Source of the DNA: an uncultured delta proteobacterium
GTDB lineage: Bacteria > Desulfobacterota > Binatia > UBA9968
Length of the DNA stretch: 64,000 bases
Reading direction: 5' to 3'
Assembly (NCBI GenBank): GCA_963745035.1
Contig: CAVUVW010000015.1
Location: forward strand, 64,001-128,000
Part shown: in pieces, positions 49,354 through 64,000 of the stretch
Numbering within the stretch: the first letter of the stretch is position 1
Layout of the letters: the number at the start of each line of letters is the position of its first letter
Made by a program: the position numbers and the translations under genes
The notes under the pieces: model-generated
The model's database searches: none
What the model was told of the DNA's origin: nothing
Seen by the model: the letters and a program-made list of their open reading frames with translations, nothing else

Positions 49354-50220
49354 CTAACGCGTCGCAACGAACCCGACATACTTAAATAATTGGCGCGTCA
49401 GGGGAAGGCCTCTTTCAAGAGTCGCTGATAACACGTCCGCAATAGCAACTTGCTCTTCGCGACTCCGTCGGGAATCGTTAACTAACTCCGCTTGACCTAA
49501 GAACCAATAATAATAAATCTTTATGTCTCTAAAGCCGACATCGAGCAAAATGTCGGTGAGCTTTTCATGTGCGAAACCACCCAAGAAGGATTTACCATAT
49601 TCCGCTTGATTGAATGTTTCTTTATCAACGTGAAACCGGGCTTCAATCTCACTATCTTTTTCTAAAACGGAGTCGATTTCTCTCCTCACAATAGGATCAT
49701 ATTCGCCATTAGAGTTGAGCTCGCTGATGGCCTTCCAAAAGTAATAGTTTGGCTCAAGGTCGGCATAAAACTTACCACCGTGTCGCAGCGCTTTTGCAGC
49801 ATTTCGTAGAGTCGGCCTAATGTCATATAGATGATGCAGAAACGAGTATGCCGTCACCATGTCGTATGCACCTTCATTTACTGAAAAAGAGCCACTATCG
49901 GCGAGATGCAACCGAATCACTGCATCTCCTGTTAAATCTACTCGTTTGAGCATCGATTCGGTGACATCTACACCATCAATGTCTTTGACGTATTTCTTTG
50001 CAATGTTGATGATGAATCCGGTGCCACAGCCCAAATCTAGAAGACGCCGCGCGCTCGTCGCGTTAGCAATGTTGCTAATGCGCCGATCAACGTGAGCAAC
50101 GTTCTCCGCTCTAAAGTGAGGTTCCGTTTCGTCGTAATAGGAAGCTAATACCGTATGCAGCCTTTGGTTAGCATCGATCACTTTTTTATATTGCCGACTC
50201 TCATTCTCTACCATGGTCAT
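49354..50220 (-). CDS. Class I SAM-dependent methyltransferase
   Basis: LLDLGCGTG; DGVDV; SFLHHL; LRHGG. Confidence 0.87.
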   Translation of the reverse strand: MTMVENESRQYKKVIDANQRLHTVLASYYDETEPHFRAENVAHVDRRISNIANATSARRLLDLGCGTGFIINIAKKYVKDIDGVDVTESMLKRVDLTGDAVIRLHLADSGSFSVNEGAYDMVTAYSFLHHLYDIRPTLRNAAKALRHGGKFYADLEPNYYFWKAISELNSNGEYDPIVRREIDSVLEKDSEIEARFHVDKETFNQAEYGKSFLGGFAHEKLTDILLDVGFRDIKIYYYWFLGQAELVNDSRRSREEQVAIADVLSATLERGLPLTRQLFKYVGFVATR

Positions 50221-50989
50221 TCCACTTTCTGTCGGTATTTTCGCGCATGAAGAGGCGCATAATATTCATCGTAGTTCGCTGGAATCTGGGAAAAAAAACC
50301 CAGCTTTTGGAGGGTTCTGTCGGGTATTCCCGACAAATCGATCTGACTCATCGCGCGAGGAATATCGAGCCTCTGCTTCATAAATGAACGACACATATTG
50401 ATTGTTAGCGCATGCCTCCAGTGCGTAGTCTTATTCTGCCCACCAGCATGCCAAAGCCGTGCATTGAAGAAAAACACGCTGCCAGCTTTCGCCACGAGTC
50501 TTCTCGCCTGTCGAAAAAACTCTTCTTCTGTTGGTGCGCGTGAGTTTAGGTGAGATCGTGGCATGTAAAATGTCGCCCCATTCTCTTCAGTGAAATCATC
50601 CAACAGAATAGTCGCTCCCACATTAGTAACATACCCAGGAATCAATCTGGGACAGTCGATGTGAATTCGGCCGAATAGTTCGTTCCGTGGGGTGGCATAG
50701 ACGAGGATGTGTAGGCATAAATGATACACCCTTCGCCGAGAATCCATTCGAAAGGTTCTAAAAGCGACTCCAAGTCCAATACCCGTATGAGTTCGCCGGG
50801 ATACAACGAACAAAGCAGAACCATTCCAAAGTCGATCTTAGCACCGCTTCTTCGTTGATATTGACTTTCCTTAGCAATAGCAGTTTCAAGATCCGCTTTT
50901 AGCGGTTGAACCCTTTCACTGGGAATCACGTCGGGTAATAACGCGAAACCATCCGTAGCAATCTGCTGGGAGAATTCCTCTCTGGTCAC
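50217..50989 (-). CDS. PhyH-family Fe(II)/2-oxoglutarate dioxygenase (frameshift near 50670)
   Basis: DGFALLPDVI; HxD RIHID; LDDFTEENGAT; AGSVFFFNARLWHAGG. Confidence 0.85.
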
Positions 50990-50991
50990 GT

Positions 50992-51996
50992 TTACTGCTT
51001 TCGTGTCAGGACAGCGTCGAGGCTTTGAGCCGTGCTAAAGTTTACCAACGACTTTATAACGCACCGTGGCCTTCCTTGAACTTCTTGAAGAACCCGACCA
51101 AGATACAGACCGATGAGACCCATAAACAACAAATTGGTCCCGCCCAGGATGACGATCATGGCTATAGTCGATGTGTACCCACCCAAAAGGTTGGCAAAGA
51201 CAATTCTTCGGACAAACAAGCCCAACATTAAAAGACACCCTAAGACGGTGATTACGGTTCCAAGTAGGGCCGCAAATCGTAGCGGTAAATCGGAAAATCC
51301 GAGAATAGACTCACTCGCCATCCTAAGGCGTTTTCTAAAAGTGTAGCTGGATTTTCCGACGGATCTCTCGCTATGTCGAATCGAAACCCAAGAATGGCGA
51401 AAGCCGAGCCAGTGCTCTAGCCCCGGAATATAAGGAACTTTGTCATCGAGTGTATTATAAGCGTCTACGAAGCGCCGGTTCATAATTCGAAGTGACGCCG
51501 CATTAATAGGGGTCTTAGCTCCCGTTAGCCAATTAAGGATTTGATTAAACATCAGCGACGTCACCCGTTCGAGTAAATTATCCTTTCTTTCCTGCCGAAG
51601 ACCAACCACGATATCACAGTTGTCGGACTCTAATTCTTTCAGCAACAGAGGAATTTGATCAGGGGGATCCTGCATATCAACGTTCATCATTCCGACAAAG
51701 TTTCCAGATGCCAACCGATACCCGCAGGACACTGCAAGGTGTTGCCCAAAATTTCGACTCAATTCGATCACTTTCACAAAACCATATCTTCCAGCCGACG
51801 CTTCCAGTTGCTGCTGCGATCCATCGGAGCTACCGTCGTTTACAAATATGACTTCAACATCCTTGCTGATGTCGGTGAGTTCTAAAAGATTATTCATTTC
51901 TTGATTTATCGCTTCACAGAATGATTCGACCAAATAACCATCGTTATAGATCGGCACAACGAAGGAGTATCTAAGGGTGTTTACAAGGTGGTTCAT
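50992..51996 (-). CDS. GT2 polyprenyl-phosphate glycosyltransferase (GtrB/ArnC-like)
   Basis: SFVVPIYND; FVNDGSSD; LSRNFGQH; DMQDPP; two C-terminal TM helices; YLGRV...RP. Confidence 0.9.
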   Translation of the reverse strand: MNHLVNTLRYSFVVPIYNDGYLVESFCEAINQEMNNLLELTDISKDVEVIFVNDGSSDGSQQQLEASAGRYGFVKVIELSRNFGQHLAVSCGYRLASGNFVGMMNVDMQDPPDQIPLLLKELESDNCDIVVGLRQERKDNLLERVTSLMFNQILNWLTGAKTPINAASLRIMNRRFVDAYNTLDDKVPYIPGLEHWLGFRHSWVSIRHSERSVGKSSYTFRKRLRMASESILGFSDLPLRFAALLGTVITVLGCLLMLGLFVRRIVFANLLGGYTSTIAMIVILGGTNLLFMGLIGLYLGRVLQEVQGRPRCVIKSLVNFSTAQSLDAVLTRKQ

Positions 51997-52199
51997 CGAA
52001 CGTGGTATTCGCGTAGCAAGCAAAAAGTTTAAGTATGATAGTTCACAGTCAAGCCTTGATCAACTATTTGTTTTTATGACGATTTAGACTGATGTCCGTC
52101 AGTCTGCGACGCGAGGAAGCATCCAGGGCGCGAATACTTAAGCGTATGCGAATTATCCAAAAATAACGGCCGCGGTCAGTTTCGAGCTAGAAGTGCAGT

Positions 52200-53003
52200 C
52201 TAAAGCCCCAACACATCCTGCATGCCGTAAAGCCCGGGCTTTCGTTTGGCCAGCCATCGGGCGGCGCGGAGGGCGCCGTGGGCGAAGGTGTCGCGGCTGT
52301 GGGCGCGGTGGATGAACTCGAGGCGCTCGCCGATGCCGCCGAAGATGACTGTGTGCTCGCCGACGATGTCGCCGGCGCGGACCGAGAGCAGCGCGATTTC
52401 TTTGTTGCCGCGCGGGCCGACGATGCCTTTGCGGCCGTTGACGGCGACTTCATCGAGCTTCCGGCCGAGCGCTTCGGCTACCGAACGACCCAACGCCAAT
52501 GCCGTCCCGCTCGGCGCGTCTTTCTTGAATCGGTGGTGCGCTTCGACGATCTCGACATCGTAATCGTCGCCGAGCATCTTGGCCGCCTTGCCAAGAAGAG
52601 ACACGAGAACGTTCACGCCCAAACTGGTGTTCGCCGACAACAAGGTGGGCGCGTGTCGAGCCAGCCGCTTGATTTCGGCTTGCTGCCGCGGCGTGAAGCC
52701 CGTACTCGCGATCACCATCGGCGTGGACTTTTTTGCCGCGGCGCGCAGGAAGCTCAAAGACGCCTCCGGGTTGGTGAAATCGATGATGACCGCGTTGGGT
52801 TTGAGAGCCGGCTCGAGCTGGTCCGTAACCGGCACGGCGAGATTACCGGCGGCGGAGATTTCTCCCGCGTCCTTCCCCAAGCGCGCGCTTCCGCGCTTGT
52901 CGATGGCGGCGACCAGCCGGTAGTCGGCTGACTGCGCTATCGCGCGCACGACGGCGCCGCCCATGCGCCCGCCGACGCCGCAGACGATAATCCCAAGCGC
53001 CAT
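52200..53003 (-). CDS. dapB: 4-hydroxy-tetrahydrodipicolinate reductase
   Basis: GVGGRMG; IDFT; EAHHRFKKDAPSGTA; RAGDIVGEH. Confidence 0.96.
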   Translation of the reverse strand: MALGIIVCGVGGRMGGAVVRAIAQSADYRLVAAIDKRGSARLGKDAGEISAAGNLAVPVTDQLEPALKPNAVIIDFTNPEASLSFLRAAAKKSTPMVIASTGFTPRQQAEIKRLARHAPTLLSANTSLGVNVLVSLLGKAAKMLGDDYDVEIVEAHHRFKKDAPSGTALALGRSVAEALGRKLDEVAVNGRKGIVGPRGNKEIALLSVRAGDIVGEHTVIFGGIGERLEFIHRAHSRDTFAHGALRAARWLAKRKPGLYGMQDVLGL

Positions 53004-53884
53004 TTAGTTTTGCAGCAAGCCGAACTCGCGCATCGCTTTGGTCAGCTTTTTCAGATTTCCTTCCGCCATCGGCGTCAGCGGCAGGCGCAGGTCGCCGCCG
53101 CACTTGCCCATGAGCGATAGCGCGGTTTTGACGGGAATCGGATTGGTTTCGAGGAACACGCTGCGAATCAGCGGCATCAGCTTGAACTGGAGCTCCCGGC
53201 CCCTTTGCCAATCGCCCGCGAGGCAAGCCGAGGCGAGCTGCGCGGTCTCCTTCGGCGCGACGTTGGCGACGGTGGAGATAACCCCTTTGCCGCCGAGCGC
53301 CATGAGCGAGAAGATCAGCGAGTCTTCGCCGGAATAAACCGCCAATCGGTCGCCGCACAGTCGAATCACGTCGATCGCTTGATCCACCGAGCCGGTGGCT
53401 TCTTTGACGCCGGCGATATTTTTCACTTCCGCCAGGCGCGCCAGAGTTTCCGGCTCGATTTTCGATCCGGTGCGGCCGGGAATGTTGTAAACGATGATCG
53501 GGAATGCCGACCTCAGAGGCGACTTTTCTTGTAGTGCTGATAAATCCCTTCCTGGGTCGGGCGGTTGTAATACGGCGAGATCATCAGCGCGCCGTCGGCG
53601 CCCGACTTCTCGGCTTCGCGGGTGAGCCGCACCGCTTCGTCGGTCGAATTGGAGCCGGTGCCTGCGATCACGGGAATGCGTTTGTTGACCGCCTTGATCA
53701 CCGCGCGAATCACTTCATCGTGCTCCTTGTGGCTGAGGGTCGCCGATTCCCCCGTGGTGCCGCACGGCACGATGCCGTGGGTGCCGTTTCGCAGGTGAAA
53801 ATCGATCAAGCCCTCGAGACTCTGCCAATCGACGCCGCCGTCTTTGAACGGCGTGACCAGCGCAACCATCGACCCGCTGAACAT
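53004..53884 (-). CDS. dapA: 4-hydroxy-tetrahydrodipicolinate synthase (frameshift near 53520)
   Basis: [13 protein letters not shown]; GTTGESATL; PYYNRP; YNIPGRTG; GVKEA; NPIPVK. Confidence 0.93.
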
Positions 53885-53923
53885 TGGAACCTCTCCCAAT
53901 CCGTCTGCGGGTTCCGTTGCAAC

Positions 53924-53944
53924 CCGAGACAAGAGACCCGAGAC
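53924..53944. repeat. Heptamer tandem repeat (CCGAGAC/AAGAGAC x3) between dapF and dapA
   Basis: ccgagac aagagac ccgagac. Confidence 0.55.
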
Positions 53945-53950
53945 TCAAAG

Positions 53951-54769
53951 CTAAATCTTGACCGTGCCGTGAAACACTTCCTCCGCGCCGCCGGTCATGT
54001 AGACGCGGTTGTTGTCGCGCCAGTCGATCAACAGATCGCCACCCTTGAGATGGATCGTCACCGTCCGCTCGGTCCGTCCGGTGATCACGCCGGCGACGCC
54101 GACCGCGCTCGCGCCCGTGCCGCAGGCCCAGGTTTCTCCGGCGCCGCGCTCCCAAACGCGCATCTTCACTTCCGACGGGCTCATGATCTTGATGAATTCG
54201 GTGTTCACGCGTTTGGGGAAAAACGGATGGTGCTCGAACTTGGGGCCGAGTTTTTCCAGGTCGAGGGAGTCGATATCATCGAGGTAAAGCACGCAATGCG
54301 GATTGCCCATCGACACGCAGGTCACTTCGTAAGTTTTACCGTCCACCGCCAGCGGCCGGTTCTTGATCTCACCGTCGGCGTCCACCGGAATCTTCCGCCC
54401 CTCGAGGATCGGCTCGCCCATATCGACTTCGACCAGCTCGCCGACGATGCGCGGCCGGATGATGCCGGCCAGCGTTTCGACTTCGAGGGCGCGCTTGGTG
54501 GTGATGCCGTGATCGTAAACGTACTTGGCGAAACAGCGAATGCCGTTGCCGCACATCTCCACCTGGCTGCCGTCGGCATTGTAGATCTCCATCCTGAAGT
54601 CGGCGAGTTTGGACGGATGCACCGTCAGCAACTGATCGGCGCCGACGCCGAAGCGGCGATCGCAGAGCTGTTTGGCGATGGCAGGCAGATTGGCAATATT
54701 TCGTTTCAGACAATCGATGAAAACGAAATCGTTGCCCGCGCCGTGCATCTTGGTGAACTCTAGCTCCAT
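53951..54769 (-). CDS. dapF: Diaminopimelate epimerase
   Basis: [11 protein letters not shown]; EMCGNGIRC; SMGNPH; [14 protein letters not shown]. Confidence 0.97.
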   Translation of the reverse strand: MELEFTKMHGAGNDFVFIDCLKRNIANLPAIAKQLCDRRFGVGADQLLTVHPSKLADFRMEIYNADGSQVEMCGNGIRCFAKYVYDHGITTKRALEVETLAGIIRPRIVGELVEVDMGEPILEGRKIPVDADGEIKNRPLAVDGKTYEVTCVSMGNPHCVLYLDDIDSLDLEKLGPKFEHHPFFPKRVNTEFIKIMSPSEVKMRVWERGAGETWACGTGASAVGVAGVITGRTERTVTIHLKGGDLLIDWRDNNRVYMTGGAEEVFHGTVKI

Positions 54770-54781
54770 CCGATCCGACCT

Positions 54782-54813
54782 TTGAACGTTTGAACCGTTG
54801 AACGTTTAAACGA
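54782..54813. repeat. Octamer tandem repeat (TTGAACNN x4) between lysA and dapF
   Basis: ttgaacgt ttgaaccg ttgaacgt ttaaacga. Confidence 0.7.
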
Positions 54814-54815
54814 AT

Positions 54816-56088
54816 TCATTGCAGCGATGCCGGAATCACTTCGCCGTTGATCAAATCCTCCATCGTCTCGCGCTGGCGCACGATGTAATACTGATCGCCG
54901 TCCACCAGCACCTCCGGCGGCTTGGGATGGGAATTGTAGTTCGACGCCATCGTAAAGCCGTAGGCGCCGGCGCTCATCACCGCGAGCAGATCGCCGCGCC
55001 GCGGCCGCGCGATCTCGCGGTCCTTGGCGAAAAAGTCGCCGCTCTCGCAGATCGGGCCGACCACGTCGGCGACGATCGCTTCCGCTTTGCTTTCGACCAC
55101 CGGGCGAATCGCCTGATACGAGCCGTACAGCGCGGGGCGGATCAGATCGTTCATGCCGGCGTCGACGATGACGAACTTCTTGGTCTCGGTCTCTTTGATG
55201 TACTGGACCTCGGTGAGAAGAATTCCGGCGTTGCCGACGATCACCCGGCCCGGCTCCAAAATCAGGGTGACCTCCAAGCCTTGCAGCCCCTCGATGATCG
55301 CTTTGGCGTAGGCATCGGGCGACGGCGGCGTTTCGTCGTTGTAGTTGATGCCCAAGCCGCCGCCCAAGTCGAGGTAGCGAATCTGCGCCCCTTCTTTTTT
55401 CATCTCGCCTGCAAGCACGCGATCGAGATATTCGCGCACCTTCGCCAATGCGTCGACGAACGGCGTCAACGACGTGAGCTGCGAGCCGATGTGGCAGTCC
55501 ACGCCGATCACGTCGATATTCTTCAGCGATACGGCTTTTTTGTAAGTCTCCAGCGATCTTCTTGATGTCGACGCCGAACTTGGCCTTCTTCATGCCGGTG
55601 GAAATATAGGGATGGGTCTGCGGATCGACGTCCGGGTTCACCCGCAAGCTGATCGGCGCCTTCTTGCCGGCGCCGGCGGCGATCTCGTTGAGCGCGGTCA
55701 ATTCCTCGTCGGACTCGACGTTGAACATCAAGATGCCGGCGTCGAGCGCGTATTCGATCTCCTCTTTCTTTTTGCCGACTCCCGAAAAGACGATTTTCTT
55801 CGGATCGCCGCCGGCTTTGAGCGCGCGAAACAGCTCGCCGCCGGAAACGATATCGAAGCCGCTTCCTTGCTTGGCGAACGCCCGCAGCAGCGCCAGGTTG
55901 GAATTGGCCTTGACGGAAAAACACACGATGTGCGGCACTCGGGCAAAAGCCTGATCGAAGACTTGGAAGTGGCGCTTGAGCGTCGCCAGGCTGTACACGT
56001 AGGCCGGCGTGCCGACTTCGCCGGCGATGCGCTTGAGCGGCACTTCCTCGGCGAACATTTCGCCGCCGCGGTATTCGAAATGGTTCAT
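54816..56088 (-). CDS. lysA: Diaminopimelate decarboxylase (frameshift near 55550)
   Basis: FSVKAN; DIVSGGE; HIGSQ; DLGGGLG; EPGR; GPICESGD; AGAYG. Confidence 0.94.
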
Positions 56089-56525
56089 GGATCACCCCGT
56101 AAAATTTCTACTTCGTTGGACGGCGCGCTCAAGGAGCCGTCGAGCAGCTGCGACGAGATCCGGTAGCGGTAAATCGCCTTGGGCCGCACTTCTTGATCAT
56201 CGTAGCGGTACTGTTTTTTTTGCGCGAACTTGCCCCGATCTTCCACGTGAACCGTGGTCAGCGGGCGATAGGGCACCGGACAGTCCGGACAACTTTGGGA
56301 AATTTCTTTGCGGAAAATCACGAAGCTCGCCAGGTCCTTGAGCGCCGTGCCGTCGACGTACTCCGTCGGCCGGTCCCAGGTGAGAATGATGCCGGTCGGT
56401 GCCGAGCGCGCGGCCAGATCGGTGATCGTTTTCGGCGTCGCAAGCTCGGGCGCCCGCGGATCGCCCTTTTTGCCGCAAGCCCATGCTGCCGCCAGCACCA
56501 GCGCAAGAACCAGGAATCGTTTCAT
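56085..56525 (-). CDS. Lipoprotein with CGKKG motif and FN3-like domain
   Basis: [23 protein letters not shown]; ILTWDRP; CPDC; YRYRI...SAPSNEV. Confidence 0.8.
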   Translation of the reverse strand: MKRFLVLALVLAAAWACGKKGDPRAPELATPKTITDLAARSAPTGIILTWDRPTEYVDGTALKDLASFVIFRKEISQSCPDCPVPYRPLTTVHVEDRGKFAQKKQYRYDDQEVRPKAIYRYRISSQLLDGSLSAPSNEVEILRGDP

Positions 56526-57912
56526 CTAAACTCGCAGCTCCTTCAGCCGGCGCGCCACGTTGCGCCGCGCCGTCCCGCCCGGCGCGCGCCGGCGATCGAT
56601 CACTGCTTGCGCCGAAATATACCGATAAACGTTCTTCTCGAATTTGTTCGAAAAGCGCTTGAGCTCGGCTACGGACAGCTCTTCGATGCGCTTTTTTGCA
56701 TGGACGCAGTACTGCACGATCTTGCCCGCGATCTCATGCGCCTGCCGAAACGGCAGACCGCGCTCGACCAGATAATCCGCCACATCGGTGGCGTTCATGT
56801 AACCGTCTTGGACGGCCGTCAACATGCGCTCGCGCCGCACCGTCATTCCGGCGATGACTTCGCCCGATGATCTTCAGGCTCGACGCCACCGTGTCGACGG
56901 TATCGAAGAGCGGAACTTTGTCTTCCTGCAGATCCCGGTTATACGCGAGCGGCAAGCCCTTCATGATCGTCAGCAGCGCATGCAGATGGCCGAACACCCG
57001 TCCGGTTTTGCCGCGGATCAGCTCCGGCACGTCGGGATTTTTTTTCTGCGGCATCATCGAGCTGCCCGTGCAGTAGCGGTCCGGCAGCTCGATGAAGCCG
57101 AACTCCTGGCTCGACCAGAGCACCAGCTCCTCGGCGAGCCGGCTCAGATGGACAAAAAGAATAGACGCGCCGGCTAAAAATTCCAAGAGAAAATCCCGAT
57201 CGCTCACCGCGTCGATGCTGTTCTTCGATACGCGCGGGAACTCGAGCAGCTTCGCGACATAGGCCCGATCGATCGGGAACGTGGTTCCCGCCAGCGCGCC
57301 CGAGCCGAGCGGCAGAACGTTGATGCGCTCCAGGCAATCGCCAAAGCGCGCGCCGTCGCGCCCGAACATGTCGACGTAAGCGAGCAAGTGATGCGACAAC
57401 AGCACCGGCTGCGCCCGCTGCAAGTGCGTGTAGCCGGGCATGATCACGTCGAGGTGTTTTTTCGCCGCCCGGCCAAGCTCACGTTGGAGTTCTTGCAAGC
57501 TCGCGATGATCGTTCTTACTTCCTCGCGCAGATAAAGCCGCATGTCGAGCGCGACTTGATCGTTGCGGCTCCGCGCCGTGTGCAGTTTGCCGCCGGCAGG
57601 ACCGATCAGCTCGGTCAAGCGCCGCTCGATATTCATGTGAATGTCTTCGTCGGCCTCGGAGAACTTGAACTTGCCGCCGTCGATCTCGCGCTCCACCGAT
57701 TGCAGGCCCCGGACGATTTTGCGCGCATCCGTGGTCGAGATGATGCGCTGCTTGGCCAGCATTTTGGCGTGCGCGATGCTGCCGCGAATATCGTGGCGGT
57801 AGAGCCGGGCATCGACGTCGATGGACGCGGTAAAAGCTTCCACGGAAGCGGCGGTGCCGCCGCTGAAACGTCCGCCCCAGAGCTTGGTCTTTTTTGTTCG
57901 CGATGGATTCAA
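56526..57912 (-). CDS. argH: Argininosuccinate lyase (frameshift near 56860)
   Basis: KLWGGRF; HTARSRNDQ; [12 protein letters not shown]; [12 protein letters not shown]; C-terminus ATDVADYL...PFRQAH in the second frame. Confidence 0.95.
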
Positions 57913-57953
57913 GATCGATCTAGGTTTCTTCTTTAGTTGTTCGAATTTCTCGC

Positions 57954-59165
<1,212 letters not shown>

Positions 59166-59170
59166 GTCCT

Positions 59171-60134
59171 CTACCGCTGTTTTTTTGGAAGCCTTGAACT
59201 TTGAACTTTTGAACTTTTGAACCCATTAATTAACCACGCCATGACCGCCTTTTGCGCGTGCAGCCGGTTCTCGGCCTGGTCGAAGGCGACACACTGCGGG
59301 CTCTCCAAAATTTCGTGGGTGATTTCCTCGCCGCGATGCGCCGGCAAACAATGCATCACCACGGCCCCTCGCTTGGCCATCTTCACCACTTTGTCGTTGA
59401 TCTGATAGTCGCGAAAGGCGCGGCGGCGGCGCTGCGCTTCCTCTTCCTGACCCATGCTGGTCCACACGTCCGTATAGACCGCATCGGCTCCTCCAACCGC
59501 TTCCTGCGACTGATTGGGTAACGCTGACGTTCGCGCCGGCGGCGCGCGCCTTGGCGAGAATCTCGCCGTCGGGCTCATAGCCTTTCGGGCAAGCCAGCGT
59601 GAATGAAAAGGGGACGAGCGCGGCGGCCTCGAGCCAGGAATGAACCATATTGTTGCCGTCGCCGATGAAAGCGATCTTCAAGCCATCGAGCTCGCCCCTG
59701 TGCTCGACGAGCGTCTGGCAGTCGGCCAACACCTGACAAGGATGATAGAGATCGGTGAGGGCGTTGATCACCGGCACCGAGGAATAGGAGGCCATCTCCT
59801 CGAGGGTCGCCTGCGTGAACGTGCGCACCGCGATGAGATCGACCCAGCGGGCGAGACTGCGCGCGCAGTCAGCCGGCGTCTCACGCGTGCCGAGACCGAT
59901 TTCGTTGGGACCCATGAAGAATACGCTGCCACCCAACTGGTTCATGCCGATCTCGAAAGTCGCGCGCGTGCGCAGACTCGGCTTTTCAAACACCAAGGCC
60001 AGGCTTTTTCCAGCTAGCAACTGGTGTTGAACGCCGCGCTTCTGCTTGCGCTTGAGGTCGGCTGCGAGAGTGAGAATAGCGTCAAATTCGCGCCGGCTCA
60101 GACCGGCGAAATTGACGAGATCGCGTTTGTTCAT
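59171..60134 (-). CDS. argF: Ornithine carbamoyltransferase (frameshift near 59515)
   Basis: FEKPSLRT; HPCQ; GDGNN; second frame [19 protein letters not shown]. Confidence 0.94.
59194..59224. repeat. TTGAACT(T) tandem repeat x4 at the argF 3' end
   Basis: ttgaact ttgaactt ttgaactt ttgaaccc. Confidence 0.7.
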
Positions 60135-60155
60135 GTGACGAGTGCGCGCGCCGGC

Positions 60156-63632
<3,477 letters not shown>

Positions 63633-63685
63633 AAGGAATAATCACTCCTAGCAATTTCCCCAGGAAATGCAATCTTTAGAAAACC

Positions 63686-63749
63686 GGAGCGTTGGAGTGC
63701 TGGGTTCTGCAAACATCACTGCCATTACTCCACCACTCCAATACTCCAA
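63686..63749. repeat. Inverted pair of octamer tandem arrays (GGAGTGCT-type / CCAATACT-type) between hslV and hslU
   Basis: ggagcgtt ggagtgct ggg ... ccattact ccaccact ccaatact ccaa. Confidence 0.65.
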
Positions 63750-63789
63750 TTTTTCTGGGAGCATGAAGTGCCGGCCGTGATTCGATTCG

Positions 63790-64000
63790 CTAGGACAATT
63801 CTTCAAAGGTGAGTTGGTCGTTGGTGTACACGCAGATGCCAGCGGCCACGCGCATCGCCTCTTCGGCGATCACCCGAGCATCCAACTGAGTGTGCTTCAC
63901 CAGCACGCGCGCCGCGGCGAGCGCGTAGTTGCCGCCCGAGCCGATCGCGATCACACCGTCGTCGGGCTCGACCACATCGCCGGCGCCGGAGATCACCAGC
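63790..64000 (-). CDS. hslV: HslV protease subunit (C-terminal part; start beyond the window)
   Basis: [28 protein letters not shown]...ICVYTN; upstream of hslU. Confidence 0.95.
   Translation of the reverse strand, partial: LVISGAGDVVEPDDGVIAIGSGGNYALAAARVLVKHTQLDARVIAEEAMRVAAGICVYTNDQLTFEELS

Larger units (their letters stand above)
43020..52180. mobile_element. Low-GC horizontally acquired island (surface glycan modification) between glyQS and dapB
   Basis: Abrupt shift to AT-richer sequence and codon usage; glycan tailoring genes; no integrase or terminal repeats seen; borders approximate. Confidence 0.7.

Noticed and set aside
52086-52105. AGACTGA-N6-TCAGTCT hairpin downstream of dapB as a terminator
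   Set aside because: No U-tract follows the stem on either strand.

Overview
GC-rich Gram-negative bacterial chromosome segment. The hslVU-argBDFGH-lipoprotein-lysA-dapFAB order and the many NMT1/TctC/LLM-type genes suggest a Deltaproteobacteria-like lineage, possibly Ca. Binatia (inference). About 17 genes, including dapA, lysA, argF and argH, carry single-base indels, most simply explained as long-read assembly errors. Left to right: (1) a His kinase-receiver-NtrC cascade with a sigma54 promoter feeding a class III nucleotide cyclase; (2) an NMT1-type binding protein and an acetylene-hydratase-like Mo/W enzyme; (3) Mla/Mce transporter, MFS, VOC, PA0069 radical SAM, nth, TAXI and TctABC; (4) a cassette-like islet (Mrr with an attC-like site, HicB, clan AA protease); (5) an enamidase-like/LLM/gloA operon; (6) a metal-uptake operon (outer-membrane barrel plus ZnuABC-like) headed by a near-leaderless uORF with HFH/CxC and an RAPP arrest motif, divergent from an ECF sigma-ZAS anti-sigma-DUF3106-DUF1800-DUF1501 operon; (7) a GIY-YIG gene beside an inverted REP doublet; (8) a heterodimeric ABC exporter and glyQS; (9) a ~9 kb low-GC amino-sugar tailoring/GT-C glycosylation island; (10) the Arg/Lys biosynthesis operon with short tandem repeats at gene junctions. 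Item 6 is the best candidate for an undescribed system. No rRNA, tRNA, CRISPR array, integrase or transposase was recognised. All family calls come from motif recognition by eye, not database searches.
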